Source of the DNA: Naegleria gruberi | Taxonomy: Eukaryota | DNA length: 64,000 nucleotides | Assembly: GCA_000004985.1 (NCBI GenBank) | Contig: GG738885.1 | Strand: one strand, 5' to 3' | In this document: positions 57,640 to 64,000 of the stretch, piece after piece | How positions within the stretch are numbered: the first letter of the stretch is position 1 | Layout of the letters: every line of letters begins with the position of its first letter | Translations under genes and position numbers: made by a program | Notes under the pieces: generated by a model | What the model saw: the letters and a program-made list of their open reading frames with translations, nothing else | The model's database searches: none | Told to the model about the DNA's origin: nothing

Positions 57640-59079
57640 TTAATGTTTTCTTGGTGATTGTCTTATAAAAGATAATTGAGATGAAGATCCAAGTCTTGGT
57701 GAAGTTCCTAATCTTGTTGTTGCGTATGGATCAGTAATGGTTGGATTTACTTGACTCAATCTCTCTGCAAAACTTGAACCCATCAAATTTGAATGAGTTG
57801 GAAGAGAAGATGATAAACCATCATCTAATTGACGTGGACTTGGAATTGGAATACATGTTGGTTTTGGTGAAAAGCTTGACTTTCTCTGTGGTGAAGTATA
57901 ATCAGTTGTTCCTCTCGGAGTTGTAGATCCTCTGAGTGGGCTTGATGAAGGATTCAAATTGTTAACAGCAACTCCTGGAATATTAACTGGTGGTTGAGAT
58001 GAAGGTGGAAGAGAGTGAGATCTTCTACTTCTTTCAATTAAATCTTCAGCTGATCCTGTTGGTATCAACTTTGATTTAATATTTTGATTAAATTCTCTTT
58101 CAGATGAAATTTCCAAATCAAATTCATCTTGCATCTTTTGTGAATCCATTTCTTTTCTCTTTTCCATTTCACGTTTAATCTTTTGTTCTAAAATAAAGTT
58201 TTCACTTTCCAATCTTGAGTATTCCTTTAATAATTTCAAATTCTTTTGTCTATAATTATCACCATCAGAAGCTAATCTCTTTTGTTCCTTGTTAAGAATT
58301 TCAACTTGTTCACTCAATTTTTGTACAATATCAGTCTTATTTTCATTGTTGAGATTTTGTAAAATATTTTGAACTCCTTGCAAAACTTCACTTCTTTCCT
58401 TTTCAATTTGTTTTTCAATTTCACTATTATAATAATAATATATTAAATAATATTTTAAATCATTTAATATTTAAATAATAATAACAACTTACTATTTTTC
58501 ACTCAAAACAGATTCTAATTGTTTTCTCAATTGAGTAACAATATATTCCTTATCTTGTTTTAATTTACTTTCAATAAAAATTTTTTCTTGTTGAACCTTT
58601 TCAAGTTTCTTTTGTAAAGTATTTGTTAACAATTCTTCTTCTTCTTCAACTTGTTTAACAAGTGTTTCTTTTTCCTTCTTTAATCGATTTAATTTCTTCA
58701 TCAATTTATTTGTTATTAATTCTTCTTCCTCTTCAACTTGTAATTGCTTTTAATATTTGTTATTATTATTATGATGATGATGATTATTGTTATTGTAATA
58801 TATAAGAGTAATAATAATAATAATAATACGGAATATATTATCATCATGTTAAGAAAATAAATAACAATATAAAATACATACAAGGTTAGTATTTGCATTT
58901 TGTAATTTTTCAATCTTTGATTTTAATTTAATATTATCATTTTCTAAATCTTTAATACGTTGTTTATATTGTTCAATCTCCGATAGTGGTATTGTTATAT
59001 TAACAACACTACTACTAGTAGTAGTAGTAGAAGTAGTAGCAGTATGCATATTATTACTTGTTTCTTGTTGTTGTTGCAT
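57640..59079 (-). CDS. CCDC6-like coiled-coil protein, 3 exons: complement(join(57640..58423, 58493..58746, 58882..59079)); about 411 aa.
   Basis: Exon 2 encodes ...QVEEEEELITNKLMKKLNRLKKEKETLVKQVEEEEELLTNTLQKKLEKVQQEKIFIESKLKQDKEYIVTQLRKQLESVLSEK. Exon 3 encodes ...ENFILEQKIKREMEKRKEMDSQKMQDEFDLEISSEREFNQ then an S/P-rich tail. This parallels CCDC6 (..EEEFLTNELSRKL.QL..EK..LE..LEQEQEF.VNKL.KK...; ENLRLQRKLQREMERRE..ESSLEMDDERYFNE; P/S-rich C-terminus). Introns: GTATGT...AAAAG and GTAAGT...TAATAG, joins in frame. Confidence 0.55.
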
Positions 59080-59426
59080 TTTTTAATAGGTTAGGTCCTA
59101 ACCTTTAAAATCAACAAAGCCTAATGAGAGGAGTAATCAAAGAGAGAATCTCTCTTTTGTTAATCGATGTGTTGTAATATTACAATACATCATGTACACA
59201 GTTAAAGTGTGTTAGATCAGAGGTCATAACATCAAGCTTGTTATATTATTATATAATTTAACAAGTGTGAAAGGGTCTTTTAATGGTAAAAAAACAATTA
59301 TTAATTTTAAAAATAATATTTCAAGTCAATCGGAAGTGCATAAGCGAATGATCGTGTTGATAATTACAAAATCGGATTTAGGAACGATTAAAAAATCTAT
59401 TTTCAACGTCTATGTTGTCGTGTTAT

Positions 59427-60821
59427 TTATTGATCTTGTTCATTCATTTCATCACACACTTGAGTGGATGATATGATAATTTCTTCTACTTCATATTGTT
59501 GTGATGATGATTGTTGTTGATTATCATTGAAATTTGAAATTGTTGTTGTACAACACTGTGTATCTAGTGGGGAGATAGAGGTATTATTATTATTAGTATT
59601 ATTGGTATTATTAATATCACTATCATTAGATTGATGAGTTGTATTATAATGATATTGATCTGTTATTAGTATATTCTTATTAATGGAATGAATTAAAAAG
59701 TGGAGAAGTGTTTTGTATTGTCTTTCATTGGTTGGATCCAAGCTTGCAACTTCCAAATAAGGTAAAATTTCATATTGAATAAATTCCTGATAAAAAGATC
59801 TATCTAATTTACATCTATTTAATAAATCATCATATCTTAATAAAGTTTGTTGTGATGTTTTAATAACATGTTGATATTCATTCTTTAATAAATTATATGA
59901 TTTAATCATGTTATTATATTTCATTTCAATTAATTCAATTTCAGATTTAATATTTGATTGAACTTGTAATAAATTATCTTGTCCATTTAATAAATAATCT
60001 AATCTTAATGTTAAATGCTTATTTGTATTATAAAGTGTCCATGATTCAATTTGTGATTTTTCATTTTGTATTTTATAATTATTTACTTGTTCTTGTAATG
60101 AACTATTTACATTCTTAATTTGATTTAATTGATTAAAATAATCTTGTCTTGTTAATCTTAATCTTTTTAATTGTTCAATAGATTCTGTTTGAATTTGTTC
60201 ATATTTACATCTTAGGTGATTAATATTTTCATCATATTGTAATATTAAATGTTGATATTGTTGAATATTTGAATTTAAATCTTCAATTTCTTTACAATAT
60301 TTAGAAATATCTTCTTGATATTTTAATTCTAAATTTTCATATTCTGTTTGTAAACTTTGATATTCAATCTTGGCTATTTGAATTAATTTATCACTATTAT
60401 TATTAGTAGTAGAAGTATTATTAGTATTATTGTTAATAGTATTATTATTAATAGTATTAGTATTATTAATAAAATATTGTTGGTTATTTTCCTTCTTATA
60501 AATAGTCATCAGCTCTTTCATATCTCTTTGATGTTTAAGTTGTAATTGTTGATATTGAGATTGTAAAACATTTAATTCTACTTGATGGAATTCAAGTAAT
60601 TCCTTATATCTAGTTTCCATATCTTGTAATTTAACATTTAAATGTGAAATTGTTTGTTGATACATTGGTATATCAATTTCCATAATAGGTGTTACTTGTT
60701 CTTTCATTGATTCTAATTGTTTTTCATTGTGTGAATGAATAACACGATCCACACAACCTTGTACAAATAATGAAATATAATCTCTATTAGTATTTTGTAT
60801 TGTATTATCCATATTATTCAT
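59427..60821 (-). CDS. Coiled-coil protein with N-rich and poly-N/T segments, 464 aa; hypothetical.
   Basis: Complete ORF. Extended heptad-rich helix (LQSQYQQLQLKHQRDMKELMTIYKK..., ELKYQEDISKYCKEIEDLNSNIQQYQHL...). Confidence 0.5.
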   Translation of the reverse strand: MNNMDNTIQNTNRDYISLFVQGCVDRVIHSHNEKQLESMKEQVTPIMEIDIPMYQQTISHLNVKLQDMETRYKELLEFHQVELNVLQSQYQQLQLKHQRDMKELMTIYKKENNQQYFINNTNTINNNTINNNTNNTSTTNNNSDKLIQIAKIEYQSLQTEYENLELKYQEDISKYCKEIEDLNSNIQQYQHLILQYDENINHLRCKYEQIQTESIEQLKRLRLTRQDYFNQLNQIKNVNSSLQEQVNNYKIQNEKSQIESWTLYNTNKHLTLRLDYLLNGQDNLLQVQSNIKSEIELIEMKYNNMIKSYNLLKNEYQHVIKTSQQTLLRYDDLLNRCKLDRSFYQEFIQYEILPYLEVASLDPTNERQYKTLLHFLIHSINKNILITDQYHYNTTHQSNDSDINNTNNTNNNNTSISPLDTQCCTTTISNFNDNQQQSSSQQYEVEEIIISSTQVCDEMNEQDQ

Positions 60822-60928
60822 TGTAATAACTGTTTGTCTTAATAAATTACTAATCTTGACATTGGTATTTTCAATATGTGTTTGATATTGTACAGTTTTA
60901 GAAAGTAAATGTGGATTAACATCAATAC

Positions 60929-61825
60929 TTATACCATTATTATTATTATGGTATTACTGGAATTGATTGTAGTTGGTGAAGATATTGTAGTACTAGTAGT
61001 AGTAACAGTAGTTGTTGTTGTATTATTACTATTGTTATTAGTAGTATTACTCTGAGAAAGCTTTTGAACTTGACTTTGAAGGAATTGATTTCTATTCTTT
61101 AAACTTTCACACTTATTTTCATTTTCCTTGATAATTTTCTTAGCTTCTTCATGCAATCGTTTAAATTCATCTTTATCCATTTCACTATTTTGTAAATCAA
61201 TTCTTAACTTTCTAACTTGTTCTTCTAATTGTTGATTCTTTTCTGTTACTTGTTGATATTCTTGATTGGTAAATAAATGTTGTTGGACAATTGAACTATT
61301 AAGAGAGTTATTAGTGTTGGTAGTAGTACTAGTGGTAGTTGTAGTACCATTAATTGTAGTATTCAATTTAGAAGTATCTAAAAGGCTATTAGTATCATTA
61401 ACTCCTAAACGTTTTCTCTTATTACTTTTAATCAATTCAGAATCACCCTGTGTAAATATATATCCAGTAGATGCACCATTTGTACTTGTAATAGTGGAGA
61501 GAGGTAATCTATTTGATGATGTATTGATAATAGATTTGTATGATTTAATTGGTGTATAGGAAGGTGTTGAAGTGGTAGTAGTATTACTGTTGTTGGCCAT
61601 CTTTAAACGGTCAGAGATTAGGCTTGTTGAAAGTGATGATGCTGATGATTTATAATTTAATAGGGAGGCAAACGGTGAAGGGGTGGTTGATGTGGTAGTG
61701 TTGTTGTTTGATATTGTTGTTGTTGGTCCTCTACCAACAAGGTATTGATGTTGTTGTTGTGGTTGATGATGATGATCAGAGTTTGTTGCTCCTTGTTGTG
61801 AATGATAGTGGTATCGATGACTCAT
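60929..61825 (-). CDS. N/T/S-rich protein with a C-terminal coiled coil, 298 aa; possibly the 5' part of the same gene as 59427..60821.
   Basis: Complete ORF (MSHRYHYHSQQGATNSDHHHQ...). The frame downstream of its stop stays open into the next ORF's Met. A GTATAAGT donor at its last codons and a CAAG acceptor could join the two in phase. This join is weakly supported. Confidence 0.4.
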   Translation of the reverse strand: MSHRYHYHSQQGATNSDHHHQPQQQHQYLVGRGPTTTISNNNTTTSTTPSPFASLLNYKSSASSLSTSLISDRLKMANNSNTTTTSTPSYTPIKSYKSIINTSSNRLPLSTITSTNGASTGYIFTQGDSELIKSNKRKRLGVNDTNSLLDTSKLNTTINGTTTTTSTTTNTNNSLNSSIVQQHLFTNQEYQQVTEKNQQLEEQVRKLRIDLQNSEMDKDEFKRLHEEAKKIIKENENKCESLKNRNQFLQSQVQKLSQSNTTNNNSNNTTTTTVTTTSTTISSPTTINSSNTIIIIMV

Positions 61826-62048
61826 TTTTTTTCACCTTTAAATATTTAACGTTTAGATTTGAAAATTTTGGCGGCAAACAATTTGGAGGGAAAGTTGTGG
61901 ATCTAATTCTATTGCATACCTCTGCTGTATGATAAATTCAACAATGGTTCCTTTGAGGCTTTCTATGATTTAATGAAGTTGAACTATTCGTTCATCCTGC
62001 AGTGGGTGTTATTGTTGAATGATAATGATAATGAAATTGATTTAAAAT

Positions 62049-63062
62049 ATGAAAAATAAGAAACAACAACGAAATGATGGTGCAGTGATCACTGTCAAGC
62101 CTTTGGAAAAATCTTCTCCATCCTCATCATTAACAACAACACTTGGCAATGCAAATACTAATAATAATAACAAATCAGAAAAGTTACAAACAAATATCAA
62201 TGAACAACAACAACATAGTGTAAATAATCAATCAACATCATCACCTACATCAACAACAAAATCATCTACATCAACATCAACATCAACATCAACATCAACA
62301 TCATTAAATAATTTAAATATAATAATACAAGCAATATTATTAAGTATATTAATATTATTTATAATAATATTCATTCCATATTATTATTCATTAGATATAA
62401 TATATATAATATTACCAATTGTATTAATAATATTACCATTACTATTATTTGAAATTTATATTAAAATTAAATCCATCTATTTAGAACATGTACTTTCTGA
62501 ATCTTCTAATTTTATTTATGTATTTTTATTTACATTTACATGTCTTGTATTAATATCAAGTGTTTTATTCTTTACATTTGAAACATTGGAACATTCATAT
62601 TATGATCAATTTGAAGAATTTAATACAATTTCAATATTAGAAAATGATTTACAAAATGAAATATTATATCATTGTTATAATCAAAAGATTTGTTGTGAAA
62701 ATGAATTAATACCATATATATCTGATCATTTAAATTCAATTACAAAATTTAGAAATCAAGAGAAATTTAAAAGAAAACATGCTTTGGAAAATATATTGGA
62801 TTCTATTAGAAGAAATAAATCATTTGAAAAATTAAATGAAACTGAAATTATTCATAATAATAATTCTAATAATAATAATAATAATAATAATAATTCTAAT
62901 AATAATGGTAATAATAATAATAATGGTAATATTTGTTATGAATATAAATATAAATTAAAACCAATGAATATTAAGAAATATATTAAATCACATACTTGGC
63001 ATGATCATGTTCAAACTTTCTTTAAAAGATTAACAAGAGGTTTTGGTTTAACACATGATTAA
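62049..63062 (+). CDS. Hypothetical multi-pass membrane protein with N/S/T-rich low-complexity ends, 337 aa.
   Basis: Complete ORF. Hydrophobic segments IIIQAILLSILILFIIIFIPYYY, IIYIILPIVLIILPLLLFEIYI and FIYVFLFTFTCLVLISSVLFFTF. A (TCAACA)n microsatellite encodes (ST)n at ~62268-62305. Confidence 0.4.
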   Translation: MKNKKQQRNDGAVITVKPLEKSSPSSSLTTTLGNANTNNNNKSEKLQTNINEQQQHSVNNQSTSSPTSTTKSSTSTSTSTSTSTSLNNLNIIIQAILLSILILFIIIFIPYYYSLDIIYIILPIVLIILPLLLFEIYIKIKSIYLEHVLSESSNFIYVFLFTFTCLVLISSVLFFTFETLEHSYYDQFEEFNTISILENDLQNEILYHCYNQKICCENELIPYISDHLNSITKFRNQEKFKRKHALENILDSIRRNKSFEKLNETEIIHNNNSNNNNNNNNNSNNNGNNNNNGNICYEYKYKLKPMNIKKYIKSHTWHDHVQTFFKRLTRGFGLTHD

Positions 63063-63666
63063 TTATTCATTTCTTTTCAATAATAAATAAATATATATTA
63101 AAATGGTAATATATTGTAACCGTTCTTATTTGATTGATAATATCCACAAATATCCATAAACACACAATCATCACATAACACTATTATTAGAAAATTGAGT
63201 ATTATCAATCAAATCAATGAAATTTTCTTATTGTCGGCCATAGAAAATCTCTCAACTAAATTAAAAAAGGCTTCAAATCTCAACAGAGGTTAGCTCTCAG
63301 TTCATCTTCAGCATCACTCCTTGGAGAGAGATCTAAAAAAATCTAAAACCTCTCTTAAATATGTGTATGTAACCTAATAGTAATTTAATAAGAGTAGACA
63401 ATTATAATTATGTTTTAATATATTAAAACGCCCCTTCCTTTGCATCATTTATTTTCATCATCAAATATGGTCCTTTAAAATCAACAATAATTCTCTTCTC
63501 ATGATCGGACAATGTAATTAAATTCGTACTGTACATTATAATTCTCATTATTATTATTCAACCAACATCATATGATCATCATAATTATAAAATAGCCTTC
63601 TTTTCAAATTTATTATTCGGAGGAGGTAATACTTCCAATGCTAACAATGATGTAACTAGTCAAAAT

Positions 63667-64000
63667 ATGATTTCATCATCATCACCTAAACAAGGCTTTT
63701 TATTTGGTTCATCACCTCCAATAGCAAGTTTAATATCTAGTATTCAGGGTCAATTTTCTTCTTCTAATCATCATACAAGTAATAATAATACTCATCAAAA
63801 TAATAATAACAACAATAACAATAATAACAACAATATACTATTAAACATGTTAAGTAATTATGCTATTCAACAACAACAACAACATCAATGGATTGGAAGA
63901 GAGAATGAAATGATACAATATATATTAAAATTATCACATAATCCACTTTCATTTAGGCTTGATGATCATTTCATACAACAAGAAGAAATAGATTCACATA
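63667..64000 (+). CDS. Partial CDS running off the window end; S/N/Q-rich with FG-type dipeptides (LFGGG, GFLFGSS); hypothetical.
   Basis: The frame is open from ~63510 to the window end. The first ATG is at 63667. Low-complexity composition resembles FG-repeat or prion-like regions. The true start may be upstream via splicing. Confidence 0.3.
   Translation, partial: MISSSSPKQGFLFGSSPPIASLISSIQGQFSSSNHHTSNNNTHQNNNNNNNNNNNNILLNMLSNYAIQQQQQHQWIGRENEMIQYILKLSHNPLSFRLDDHFIQQEEIDSH

Noticed and set aside
62268-62930. (TCAACA)n and (AAT)n microsatellites inside the 62049..63062 ORF as independent repeat elements.
   Set aside because: They encode (ST)n and poly-N low-complexity protein segments. 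This is ordinary coding microsatellite expansion in this genome, not a separate element.
1-64000. Prokaryotic-style features: operons, CRISPR arrays, integrons, phage modules.
   Set aside because: Spliceosomal introns are present. Gene content is typically eukaryotic (calcineurin, XPD, SPT4, dynein, RGS, F-box) and spacing is monocistronic. No direct-repeat/spacer arrays were seen.
1-64000. tRNA genes.
   Set aside because: I could not recognise any cloverleaf-consistent 70-90-nt segment with box A/B by eye. A tRNAscan-SE run would be needed to exclude them.

Overview
AT-rich (~30-35% GC), gene-dense nuclear DNA from a eukaryote. Genes are closely packed on both strands. Introns are few and short (39-260 nt), with GTAAGT/GTATGT-type donors and YAG acceptors. 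Proteins carry poly-N/poly-Q tracts. Nothing prokaryotic was seen: no operons, CRISPR arrays or Shine-Dalgarno-spaced genes.

About 35 genes are recognisable from the translations. They include:
- a ~13.5 kb axonemal-type dynein heavy chain, interrupted by a 50-N assembly gap
- a full-length M3-type [FeFe]-hydrogenase
- calcineurin A and XPD/Rad3 helicase
- mitochondrial-type beta-ketoacyl-ACP synthase and methylmalonyl-CoA epimerase
- SPT4, a clan-7-like cytochrome P450 and a divergent di-ubiquitin-like gene
- a 7TM receptor with a C-terminal RGS domain, a PB1+MEKK-like kinase and a VPS9-domain protein
- a DUF4116-like repeat protein, a CCDC6-like coiled-coil protein and several F-box/LRR proteins

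An axonemal dynein together with a true [FeFe]-hydrogenase and intron-poor, AT-rich genes points to a free-living amoeboflagellate, possibly Naegleria-like (Heterolobosea), rather than Dictyostelium. This is inference from the sequence alone.

The most unusual structure is two complete 5S rRNA genes in inverted, outward-facing orientation (1618-1735 minus, 4641-4758 plus). They bracket a 2.9 kb divergently transcribed two-gene cassette. A degenerate 5S fragment and an ~80-bp duplicated segment lie nearby.

Several long ORFs in the six-frame track are exons of single spliced genes; splice joins are proposed from frame continuity plus consensus splice sites. Some track ORFs begin at TTG rather than ATG; these are internal to larger spliced genes.
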